From Coniocarpon cinnabarinum (taxonomy: Eukaryota), in the NCBI GenBank assembly GCA_051942205.1, contig JAVECO010000126.1, positions 1-64,000 on the forward strand: a stretch of 64,000 nt of DNA. Reading direction: 5' to 3'. Of this stretch, positions 1 through 10,919 are shown in pieces; within the stretch, counting starts at the first letter, position 1; every line of letters starts with the position of its first letter. A model generated the notes under the pieces. The model was not told the DNA's origin, searched no databases, and saw only the letters and a list, made by a program, of their open reading frames with translations. A program made the translations under genes and the position numbers.

Positions 1-1963
1 ATATATTTTTTTTAATAAGCTCTATATATGTATTATCTAGTATATATTCTTTTTTATAAGCTATATATATAAAAAATATTATATCTACTCTATATATAAG
101 GTATTATAGTATCTATATCTTACTATTTTTTTTATCTTACTACTATATAGTAGCTCTTATATTTTTTCTAAGTAGCTTTAATATTACTCTATTTTTTTTT
201 ATTTCTACTATACTTAGGCCTTTTTAAAATAATAATCTTTTTATATTACTATAAAATAGTAAGATAGTAGCTATTAATAAAAGTAAAATTCTTTATTTTA
301 ATAAATTTTATAAAATAGACTTTAAAAGCTAGTAGTTATAAATATTATAGTATAATAATATAATAACTTAGCCTTAAAAATATAATATTATCTAAAAAAC
401 TAAAGGTAAGAGTTCTAGTAACTAGGCGTATTTCTATAAAAAAGCTAAAATATCTAAAAGACGCCTAGTTTATATTTATTAAAGATACTTTTAAATTCTT
501 TTTTATTCTTTTACTAGTAAAGGTAGTATTATTTAAAAGTACTTACTAAATAGTAAGTTTTATATAAAGGTTTTAAAAAAGGTAGGTTTTTAATAGATAG
601 AGCTTAGTAAATTATTTTAAGTATAAATATATATATAATAATAATTATAATATTAAGAGGTCTAGAAGCTAAGTTAGTATATAGTAAAAAAAATAATATA
701 ATAGCCTTAAATTTATAATAAATATTCTATTAGATCTTATATATCTAGAATAGTACCTACTTTATACTTTTATTTCTAGGGCTATTTTTATATATTAACT
801 AAATAATTCTATATTTATATATATTTTTTATTACTTTAGTACTACTATAGTTATTCTTTTAAATATAACTATATATAGATATCTTATAGATACTATATAA
901 GATATATAAACTAAGCTTAAAAAAAGATTAAGCTCTACTATAAAAGTAGCGCTATTTTTTAATATCTAGTCTATATAGTATTCTTAATAATTATTTTTAG
1001 CTATTTGTACTTACTATATTAACTCTTTTTAAAGGCTCTAGAATAATTTACTTAAGCTTTAGTTTTTATATAGTATATATTTAGAATTAGTAATATGTTA
1101 AGTAGTATCTATAATACTATTAATATATAATTTTTAGTCTTATATTATTTTTTTTATCTTTAATAAAATAACTAGTAATAATACTTTATAAAGTATACTA
1201 AATAAGGTTATTTAGTAGTAAAATAAAAGTCTAGAGAACTCTAAATATAAAAAGCTTAAAAGATTTTTCTACTTTTTATATACTATTAACCTAGCTATTA
1301 GTAATCTTTTAAAGTTACTTAATATAGTTTCTAAGAATAAAGAGTTCTAAAAGAACTTTTTTAAGTAATAAGAATATATTAAATATTTATAAAAATATAA
1401 ATATAGACGTACTATAGCTTTAAGCTAATCTAGTTTAAATCTTATACTTTATAAGGTATATTAGGTTATTTTTTATTATTATAATTATTATTATACCTAC
1501 TTAGCTAATCTTACTTAATAGCTTAGAAAGATAGCTATTTATATTAAAATATCTACTAGCTAATATAAGATATTTAAAAGTATCTAAGAATAACTTATTA
1601 TATTTTCTAAATTAGAATTTATATTAAAATACTTTTTTAAGCTTATCTAGAATATAAAGATATATTAGAACTTAACTTACTTAATAATTTTATATACTTT
1701 TTAACTTAAGAAGGCTATAATAAAATAGTAAAATAAGAATACTTAAGTATAATACCTTTTTTTATATAAATAATACTAGTATTAAATAAAGTATTTTATA
1801 AATATTCTAAAGCCTTTTTTATTTTTTATAGCTATATTTAGTAAGGGAACTAGTTTTATAATTTATCTTATTTTTAATATCTATAATAAGCTATTTAATT
1901 ATCTTAACTTTATAAAGTATATACTTTAGCGTAAAAAGTAAATATAGTAGTAAAAAATTAAAA

Positions 1964-2047
1964 TAAAGCTTAAAAACTATTATATAAAGCTTAAAAACTA
2001 TTATATAAAGCTTATAAAGTATTATATAAAGCTTATAAAGTATTATA
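1964..2047. repeat. 21-bp tandem repeat, 4 copies
   Basis: taaagcttaaaaactattata x2 (1964-2005), then taaagcttataaagtattata x2 (2006-2047). Confidence 0.9.
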
Positions 2048-3483
2048 CTATAACTTAGTAGTTCTTTAGCTTATATTATAGGCTTATAGTTCTACTTAAT
2101 TTTTTAAAATAGGTTTTTTTCTTTATAAGTAACCTAGAAATATAAAGTACTTAGTCTATCTTTTAAATATATATATATATAAGCTTTAGTAGTAAAAAAA
2201 AATAAAAAAGATAAAGATCTACTTAAGTTAGATCTAGTATTTAAATTTATTTATTTTAGTTAATTTTATATAGCTAAGCTTTAATACTATTTTAATATAT
2301 ATAAAAATATAGAGTAATCTAATTTTAAAGATAGTAATATAAACTCTTTACTATAATCTAATCTTTTTAATATAAATAATCTTTAAGATATTAATAATTT
2401 TTAACTATATTAAAGTAGCTTATAAAAAGATAAGCTATCTAAGTATCTTTATATAAGTAAGAATAATAATAATTATAATATTATAATAAGCTTATAAATC
2501 TAATAAATTTTTAGATTCTCTTTATATTAACCTAAAAAACTTTTTTCTTATTTAATATTTAAAGATTAGTAATATATTTTTAAAAATTACTTTTATAGTA
2601 AAAGAAATACTTTATATTTTTATAGTAAGTATTAACTATAAGACTACTTTTTTATAAGTTTACGCTTACTAAAAGTTTAACTAAAGATTTAGAGCTAGTA
2701 TAGTTTAAGATATAATACTTATTTAAAGTTTTAAGGCTTTTTAGCTATAATAGTAGTATAATACTCTTTATTATAATATAAAGTTAACTTAAAACTTTTA
2801 ATAAGCTTAAAATAAGCTTAAAGAATAGAATATAAAAACTACTAAAAATATAAAAAATAAAAAAATTTATCTATATTAATAATAAAAAAAAAGATAATAT
2901 TTTTTATAATAGTAGTAAGTAAAAGTATCTTCTAAAAAAAATTAAAAAAATAAGGTTATATATTATAAGCTAGAGAAATAAAGTAAAAAAGCTATAAGGC
3001 TTAAAAAAAAGTAAAAAAAAAAAAATATACTTTTAAAAAACTCTAAAAATATATAAAGTAAAGATTATATAATATTTTAGTTTAATTTATTACTATATCT
3101 TTATCTTACTTAATATTTTATAACTACTTTAAATATTATAATTATTATTATACTAATATTATATTCTATTAAAAATTTTTAAATAATAGCTAGATTTAAA
3201 TTTATAAAAAGAATATAGAATTTAAACTTATAATTAATACTAAAATATTATATACTCTATCTAAAAAGAATATTTTAGAAGGTAATAGCTATCTAAGCTA
3301 ATCTTTTTAGCTAAAAAAAAATAATAAATTTTATAATATATACTTAAAATTCTATATATAATAGCTTTTTAGTAAATTATTAAGTATACTTATATAATCT
3401 ATTAGGTCTTACTATATACTATCTAAAAAAATATTATAATTATTATTATAACTCTTTTTTTTTTTCTATACTATATATATATT

Positions 3484-3607
3484 TTAGTATATTAGTTTAG
3501 TATTAGTTTAGTATTTTAAGATTACTACTAATACTAATACTAAACTAAAGCTTAGCATTACTAAACTAATATACTAAGAGTTAGTAATACTAAGCTTTAG
3601 TTTAGTA
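3484..3607. repeat. Nested inverted repeats (hairpin-forming)
   Basis: 3538-3564 and 3581-3607 are reverse complements over 27 bp with 1 mismatch and a 16-nt loop. 3484-3502 and 3559-3577 are perfect 19-bp reverse complements. Confidence 0.85.
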
Positions 3608-4113
3608 GAAAAATATACTATCTATACTACTATTAGTAGCTAATTTCTCTATCTATACCCTACCTATACCTATACCAACAACCTACTAATACGGTAGTAC
3701 TATACTAATAGAAAGCTATAGTTACTAAGTTTAATCTTTTAATTAGTTAAACTTTTTTTTTCTACTTATTTTTTATTTTTTTACTATTAATATTACTATT
3801 TACTAAAGAATTAAGAGTCTACTATAGCTTATAGCTTTAAAAAGATTATAATTACTATTTTACTATTTTTTAGTCTTATAATTAAAAAAATTTTAAGTAA
3901 AAAGCTTTACTAGATAATTATTTTTATAATTTATTATATATTAATATTACTAAAAATTATTATTATACTTATAAATATAACTCTAGACTTATAACTATCT
4001 AAATAAAGATATAGTAATAATTATTAATTAGTTAACTATCTATTAAGTAGCAAGAAGTCTAAGGACCTCTAAGGATAGAGGGTACCTTATTACCTTCTAT
4101 ATATAGTAATTAT

Positions 4114-4712
4114 GTCACGTGACCCACGACCACCAGATTTTCCAACATCGGGCAACGTGACCCGCAGCAGGACAGTGGCTTGTCGAGCATGGTTTAGCCA
4201 AAACCACAAGGCAATCGTATTTTCGGTTGGAAGTAGGGTCGTTACGTACGAAAGTTTCTAAGAAATGCGCGGATTCTTGACTAAATCTTGTATAGTAGTG
4301 TGCGCACGAACACAGCGCCAAGTTACCGTTAGATTAATGTTATCACGTGATCTAGGTCAAGCCCAACGAGAAGCCTTCCTCGCAGGAACGTAGGTAGACT
4401 ACTATAGATCCACGCGCAGGTTAAGACAGGACTTCGAAATACAGATACCATCGAACATCAAGTAGCGAAGTTGTCTTAAGACTCTAACGATGGTAGCGAT
4501 TGCATAATTAAAATTACGTAATGACATTAAATATAACGATAACGTAGCGTAACTATATACTTAGAAACCCACCCTACTATACCTGTATATATCTAATATT
4601 ATTATAGCTAAGTAGCGGGCATGAACCGGTAAATTAAGGCGAAAATTACGTAATACTCAAGCAAAACAAGCTGGTGCAAAACACGCAAAGCGGCCCTTGC
4701 ACGTCACGTGAT
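4114..4712. promoter_or_regulatory. Cluster of palindromic bHLH (TCACGTGA) and bZIP-type (ATTACGTAAT) motifs
   Basis: GTCACGTGAC at 4114, ATCACGTGAT at 4342, GTCACGTGAT at ~4703; AAAATTACGTAAT at ~4510 and ~4642. Confidence 0.4.
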
Positions 4713-6251
4713 GCCGTCAGAAATGTGAAACGCCCCAAATCAATTCTTTTCCAAAATCTTACCAAAATGAAAGGTGCCTTTCGTCAAGAATTCAACCCTA
4801 GTCAGAAGTCACTCTTGCATTTCACTACGAGATCGTAACAACACAAAGATCCCAGCCCGCTGTTCCACCGCATACTCCGTGGATTAGGGGTTGGTCGGCG
4901 TCTGAGCTTCCCTGCGCTGCGTAGGTGCGTACAAGATGACTAATACACTGTCCTGAAAGAAACTAGCGCCATCGCTGTTGTTTACCAGGGCCACCACCTG
5001 TATGACACCGCAAGATGTATACAGCCGCTTGGAGAGACAGGCCCTCTTGATAACATACAGGATCTACAAGGTGTTTCTTTTTTTCCCCTTGCACAACAGA
5101 AGTAGGAGATATGAAGTATCTCCAGATCTTCTGCTTCCTTCCTCTCTTGCTTTGCTTGTATAACGCAGACGCTTTGACTAGGATCCGTGATCAATTGAAT
5201 CATAATTAAAAGTACAGAATTATATCGTCTCCTGGATGATGATGATGCTCACCAGCAACCATCGATACTTTTGTACTATGAAATTTGAAGTACTTGCACG
5301 GAATGACAAGCATCACACAATGATTGGTCGCACGTCTGAGACCGCAGAGCGCGACGATGACTTCGCTAGTATGGCGACGTCGATCGAGATGTCGATCTAT
5401 GCCATTGAAGTAGTGAATCTTAGGATCCTGCGTAGCGGTGTTCTCCTCTAACGACCATAAGTCAGATCCACCCAGATATAGATGGACTGAATGTCATCGC
5501 AATCCGTCGTTTAAAGAAACGGTCATTCTGAGGGACCGTGGACTAGGTTCACTCTGCTGAAGAGTCAATTATTCCCTCCAGGTGACGTACATAAATGGGA
5601 TAAGTAATGTGATCTTGACGGAACGCACACAATTAGAGATCGTATTAAACGTTGACATCTAACGAGTAACACGCTGTTATCATCTCAGTTGTATTTATCA
5701 AAAGTTGAAGATGCAGCAGACTCATGGTCGCATGATATTTTCATGATATTGTTTGGTGTTTATCGATTCAGAGCTTAGTAAGGCGAGACTATCTTCGTGA
5801 TCTTAGTGCAATGATCAGCACGATGCCGGAAGACCATCAGTTCATGGACACCTGTCAGATACTAGGGAGCACGACTACGAAGTAAACAGATACTATGAAT
5901 TCATGCACACGCCGGAAGCATCAGCGAATGGTAAGCAACCTCGAATTAGACATATACCACATTCAACGAATCAGACAACCGAGTTGAGGAAGTCAAGTGG
6001 GAACTGCTGCATTTCAGGTTTCGGTCAAAGTTCAGGAGAGCTGTGCCACGCAAAGACAGCGGCGTTGATTCAAAAACAATTCATACACCAACACCCGTGA
6101 TGATAAGCGAATGACATGGATGGCAGGAACCTGAGCTCCTGTTCAATGAAATGAATTAGTTCCAGCGGGCTCGTTTTCACGACCGAGGAACAGCATCACT
6201 TACTGGACCATAATTGCTTTCCGCCAGAGTCGCTCCACTTCCGCCCTCAGT

Positions 6252-6635
6252 CTACTCCTTGTCGGCGCCCGGGAACGCCCTCTTAATCAGGTCCATCAAT
6301 GTCGTGTGACTGCGATGCGGGCTCAGCGGTCAATCACACGCGTCCGCTGCACGGATAAGAACTTACTGCGCAGCCTCACTCGCCCTATTCTGGGTCGTAT
6401 CATTCCGGGCGGTCTGACGCTTGTTCTTATGTCCCTTGAAGAGCTGTTTCGCATGGCCCGGCCTTGATCGCTGTCCCCGTCTTAATCTAGTAGTCACTCG
6501 CAGCTTAGCTCTTCTTTGATGAATCTGAGAGATATTTAGTGTACTCGTTGAGGCTGGATGTGGTTAGTAGAGGTCAGGCTGGGCTGCATGATACTCTTAC
6601 CCCAACGCCGACGTGTCTTGTTGTTGTCCAGACAT
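6252..6635 (-). pseudogene. Small three-exon gene relic with nonsense codons (or a spliced short-ORF transcript)
   Basis: ATG at 6635 in caaaATG context. Intron 6554-6600 (GTAAGA...CTAAC...CAG) and intron 6310-6366 (GTAAGT...CAG). Spliced reading MSGQQQDTSALGLNEYTKYLSDSSKKS*AASDY*IK..., with TAA at 6505-6507 and TAG at 6487-6489. A shifted frame ends ...HTTLMDLIKRAFPGADKE* at 6252. Confidence 0.5.
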
Positions 6636-7256
6636 TTTGGAGGAAAAGAGAGGTCTTGATAGCGGGATAAAGTTATTTGAGATCGGCTTAGTTCAGATTT
6701 GAGAGATGGAATGGTCTTTGGATCGGCTCTTGGAATACGGCAATGAGTCTGGACAACTACTGGAGACAACGACTGGACTCTAGCTTTTTACGTCCTTCCA
6801 TGAGCCTACTGCTAGGTATGCATAAGTGATCACTTGGAGTGTACAGGTGTCTTCATCAACAACGCTCACCAGTCACTCGCGGGTCGATAGGGGATGCCGT
6901 AATGTGTGCATGAGCAGCGTGAATGACACCTGGAAGCTCGTACTACACTCGCCACTCGACGCGCAACAACAGATGGCCTGATAGAGCTCTGTCACCTGGC
7001 ATCTGTGACATGAACAAGCCGTGCAAGGCATAGTGCAAAAAGATCTGCGCCGAAAACAAACACCTTTCAAACACCAAGACAAATGCGTTTTCCGCGACAT
7101 GCCGAACACTTCCTTGAGAAGATGGACGCACGTGGCAGCTGCAATTTCTGAAACCGCGTCAGCATAAAAGGTCGTCGGGTCGAGTCACTGTTGAATACCA
7201 AGGGAAGTGCAATGCATCCACTTCCATCCAGGCTACGTGGTCTATAGCATGTTGTC

Positions 7257-7559
7257 CTCCTCCTCCCCCACCCACCATCCCCTGTAGGCGAATCTGAGGA
7301 TTGCCAAGAGTTGCGGTTGGTAATCCGTGCCACTCCCGAGTAGGTGAAGCTCCCCGGCTTCCCAGTACTCGATCTCTTTGGGGGGCTCCTCTTTTGGTTG
7401 GCTCCTTTCAAGCGCGCGCACGATGCACGTTTACAGATAACATGTCAAAGTCGTTGAGATTGATGATACTCCACCTCCCCCACCCACCATCCCCTGCAGA
7501 CGAATTTGAGGATCGCCAAGACTTGTAGTTGGTACTCCGTGCCACTCCCGAATAGGTGA
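7257..7559. repeat. Dispersed ~91-bp direct repeat within a decayed coding-like region
   Basis: 7257-7347 vs 7469-7559, about 10 mismatches, offset 212 bp. On the minus strand both read like HLxGSGTxYQxQxLAILxFxxRGWWVGExE. Confidence 0.8.
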
Positions 7560-8740
7560 GCCCTTCCGTCTTCACACCTGCGATATGGTTTCGGGAAGCC
7601 CGGAACGCTCCCGCGTAGGATGCAACGTGCGACGAGGAACCTACGAAGCGCTCCAACATCCGCGATCGCCGGGACCAGGTGGCCGAAATGTCCTTGGAGT
7701 CACCACGTGTTCTCATATTCTCATGCAAGATGACGATGAAGGAGTTGCATCCATAAAGAATGGCATGCGCGGCGGGGGAGCATCAAGTGTCGCGCAGATA
7801 TCTTTCTTCGAATTTCAACTTGAGGGCGCCATGAAACTGAGATTCTGCTTGACTGTCCACACATGAGTCCAACAGGAACCTCAGGGGCCCTGAGCGAGAA
7901 GAGACCAATTGGGTCCGGTTAGACTCGTGAAGTTCACCGTGGGTTGCTTCTCGTCAAGAGAGAGGGCAGTCTCAGCCACATGCTGGCCGCGCCATCCGTC
8001 CTGTCGTTGCGAAGAAGCAACATAATTCACAATAGCCACAATCGAGAGTCTGTAGTGTAGTCTCCTCCTCGTCCCTCTCCTCCCCCTACCCTCTCACCCA
8101 ACATCTCTGGAAGACCTAGACAAGTTGACCAATGCCGTAGAAAGCTGCGAACAAGAGCTACAAAATTTGCCAAAGAAGTGGGTCCAAGAACTCGAGACAA
8201 GCGGAGACAAACAAGTCAAAGGCGCGGCTCATGGCCCTCAGTATAATCAAAGGCCGCGACAAGGTCACTGGCGTCTCTCTGTCAATCTAGAACTGTCGTC
8301 GATAGTTTGGTAATTGGATCTTTGGCATGTTGCTGGGTAGACCGAGCTTGGCCAACTTGGACGAATAGCCACCGTGAGATACAGATAGAGCGCGAGAGCT
8401 GTGACCTTAGAGAAGGGTGTTGCAGGCACTCCGGAGAGGTGTTCGACACAAGCTTTCCTATTATGTGTTGTCCCCGAACTCCCTCCCACCATCCCAAACT
8501 AGGTCGGGCGGATGGTCTGAATGCGGAAATGCAACGGGAATCCTGTACAAATCGTACCTGGTAACATTTCACATGATTCAGAGCGGCAATTGATGCAGCA
8601 TGCCGTGTCAGTGTCGGGGCTGGAGACGGCGTGGGCATTATGCTCTTCGGCAAGCCTGCGTCTACTGCGACCTTACAATGTGCGGGAGGAACGTCTCTAA
8701 TGGAGTTTTTGTCTGCAGGCATCTAGAAATTGAACAATAC

Positions 8741-10393
8741 TCAGGTGTCCCTCAAGTCAACAACATCGAAGTGAAGAGACTTCACCTCCCTCACGTGACC
8801 GGCATTCCTGGCGTCGGCATCGTTCACCACATCCGTGTAGATGCCACCTTCATGAATCCCCTCGTGCAGGTGAAACACGCCAGCCTTCTTACAGTTCCTC
8901 ACCACGCCCATGCCTGGCGGATCGGTCAGACGGAACGCATTCCAACTGCTGCCCAGTCCCGGAGACTTCGAAGGCGAGCAGACCAAGGCAATGGACTCTG
9001 GAAGTGAGTTCTGATACCAAACATGGGTGTGCAGATCGCGTGACGAGAGAAAGCAAGTTTGTGAAGGGTGAGTGTGAATCCATCCAAGGACGATCATGTC
9101 CTCTCCGTTGTTGGTTGCTTCACCATTGACGGGCTTTGGCGATCGAGTGTCACCCTCGTCATCCGAGTTGGAAGGCTCGGGATCAGGCTGTCCATGCGCG
9201 GAGATGTACTCATCCACGGCAACTTCGCCTTCGGGTGTCATTTCGCAGGTATCGCTCGTGCTCGTCTGCGGCGGAAGCAGCAAAGCTGTGATGAAGAAAG
9301 CGTTTCGGATCAAGTGACCACAAAGCAAACCTAGCGACTCGAGATTACGATTGGTGTTTGCTTGAGCGAGTCCGAGGAACGTGTGACGAAGATCTGCTGG
9401 CAGGAACAAAGTGCGAAGTGGCACACCAGACTCAAGCTCTGAAGTCGTACGAAATTGCTCAGCAGCGGGAGCAGGTGTGCTGGTTCGAGAGCTTGGGATA
9501 GGCTCTGGCGCTTTTGCAGGAAGTAGAGGTGCTGCGCTGGGCAGCTTCGGGGGTCGGGCAGGTAACACGAAGTCATCAATCCGTTTTGGTGGTATGGGAG
9601 GAGCCGATAAGGAACTGCCTGGAGTGGTGTTCAGCTGCAAAGACGAAGTTCTTGGCGTACGATCGTACGTCGTGGATGAAGAAGCGTGAGAATCTGAATG
9701 TAAAATACTAGGATAGCGGTACGATGTATGCCTAGGTGCTTGAGAAGACGCCTGACTTCTGTCTGATATGGCTGAGTCACGATCAAGCTGCCGTCTCGTA
9801 CGTTTCATCATGGCCTCAAGATTTTCTTCACCATCTGGTTTGTCACTGTCTTGGCTGTGCTCGTATCTCCTCGTCCGTTGGCCAATCCTTGAGTTAGCGA
9901 GACTCACGCCAATGTGCGAGTGCTGAGCTGGATCTAAGAGCTCGGCCGATTCACGCTCGCTCTCCATTTCTTGCAGGGCGACCTGTTCTTCACGTTTCTC
10001 TTTCCTGGCCTTCTCTTTCGCTTCCTGCCTTTTCAACAAATATTTCTCATAGTTCCGATTGATCTTGCCCTTGATATCCTCCAGAATTTGAAGACTCTTT
10101 TCGGCATCTCGCGTAGCTTCTACCCAGCTCCGTTTGTAATCCGGATTGTTTGCCTGGGGATGTTTGTGCAGCTCGTTGGAAATGAGCATGACATGACGAT
10201 ACAGGATGAAATAGGCTGCCTGGAGATTCTTCTCACGGAGATAGACATTCCCTTGCTTGAGCATGTGCTCGGCGGTGCGGAACCAGTTCTTGGGCGGATA
10301 CCAGGGATCGAAGAACTGCTCAGAAGCAGCTTTGACGATTTGAGAAACGGACATTGGCCGCGTCGTGACAGCTGGGAGGCCGGATAAAGACAT
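8741..10393 (-). CDS. AMSH/STAMBP-like JAMM (MPN+) deubiquitinase with N-terminal MIT/USP8-dimerisation-type domain (S. pombe Sst2-like)
   Basis: 550-aa ORF. N-terminal WFRTAEHMLKQGNVYLREKNLQAAYFILYRH; C-terminal NTNRNLESLGLLCG...QTSTSDTCE...GWIHTHPSQTCFLSSRDLHTH (JAMM HxH-x7-S-x2-D), ESIALVCSP and FRLTDPPG. Confidence 0.93.
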   Translation of the reverse strand: MSLSGLPAVTTRPMSVSQIVKAASEQFFDPWYPPKNWFRTAEHMLKQGNVYLREKNLQAAYFILYRHVMLISNELHKHPQANNPDYKRSWVEATRDAEKSLQILEDIKGKINRNYEKYLLKRQEAKEKARKEKREEQVALQEMESERESAELLDPAQHSHIGVSLANSRIGQRTRRYEHSQDSDKPDGEENLEAMMKRTRRQLDRDSAISDRSQASSQAPRHTSYRYPSILHSDSHASSSTTYDRTPRTSSLQLNTTPGSSLSAPPIPPKRIDDFVLPARPPKLPSAAPLLPAKAPEPIPSSRTSTPAPAAEQFRTTSELESGVPLRTLFLPADLRHTFLGLAQANTNRNLESLGLLCGHLIRNAFFITALLLPPQTSTSDTCEMTPEGEVAVDEYISAHGQPDPEPSNSDDEGDTRSPKPVNGEATNNGEDMIVLGWIHTHPSQTCFLSSRDLHTHVWYQNSLPESIALVCSPSKSPGLGSSWNAFRLTDPPGMGVVRNCKKAGVFHLHEGIHEGGIYTDVVNDADARNAGHVREVKSLHFDVVDLRDT

Positions 10394-10919
10394 GGTGCAC
10401 CGCAGACGTGAAGATCATTTAAAAGTGGATGTAGTCGCTGTCTGCCACGCCGACGTGGCAGATAGTATGTGCGTGTCAGCTCATGGTATGGCAGCGTGGT
10501 CAAAGAAATGTGCAGCCTGGTGTAGGATTGCTTAGTCACGTGATAGTAGCAAATGACGCGATATTGACGCGTCACGACGACCGATGTGTTACCCTAAGGC
10601 AAGGTATGGGGTATTTCCTATAATCACACTTTTACCCGACACAACATGGCAGACTTCGTGTTTTGGGTTTGCTGTTCACAAAGAACTTCAAGGCTGCTGA
10701 GCCTTGGGCATGACTGCTCCCATAGGGCACATAGAGTGAAAAGAGACAGAGCGTCTGCCGCTCATTACTGTAGTGTCTAACTAGATGCTCACATTACTCC
10801 ATACATGATGCTTGTATACAGCAATCTTGCCCATGACCTTGTGTGATAATCCATGTTCAAGTGCACCCATCATTCCGACCTCCTCTCCAGGCTCCCTTCT
10901 TCTTGCTGTCTGCCAACTC

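Larger units (their letters stand above)
1..4112. mobile_element. AT-rich, RIP-degenerate repeat/transposon relic block (family unrecognisable)
   Basis: Overwhelmingly A/T with abundant TpA. CpA/TpG and CpG occur only sporadically and surviving C is mostly in CT/CC context. No ORF of 60 aa or more in the track. Composition shifts abruptly at ~4113. This matches repeat-induced point mutation (RIP); transposon origin is inferred. Confidence 0.8.

Noticed and set aside
4114..4123. CDEI-like GTCACGTG beside AT-rich DNA, suggesting a point centromere
   Set aside because: Point centromeres are a Saccharomycetaceae feature; no CDEIII is seen and the motif recurs in ordinary promoters here.
4794..4801. 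AACCCTA as a telomerase RNA template in the ORF-free 4.7-6.2 kb region
   Set aside because: The context CAACCCTAG lacks the 1.5-repeat template (TAACCCTAA-like) and no other supporting structure was seen.
4113..4840. Possible solo LTR (starts TGTCACG at 4113; candidate ends TGACA 4526 or CGTAACA 4840)
   Set aside because: No matching target-site duplication, no adjacent polypurine tract or PBS, and no second copy in the window.
8282..8722. 146-aa minus-strand ORF immediately downstream of the AMSH-like gene
   Set aside because: No recognisable domain; lies in the probable 3'UTR.
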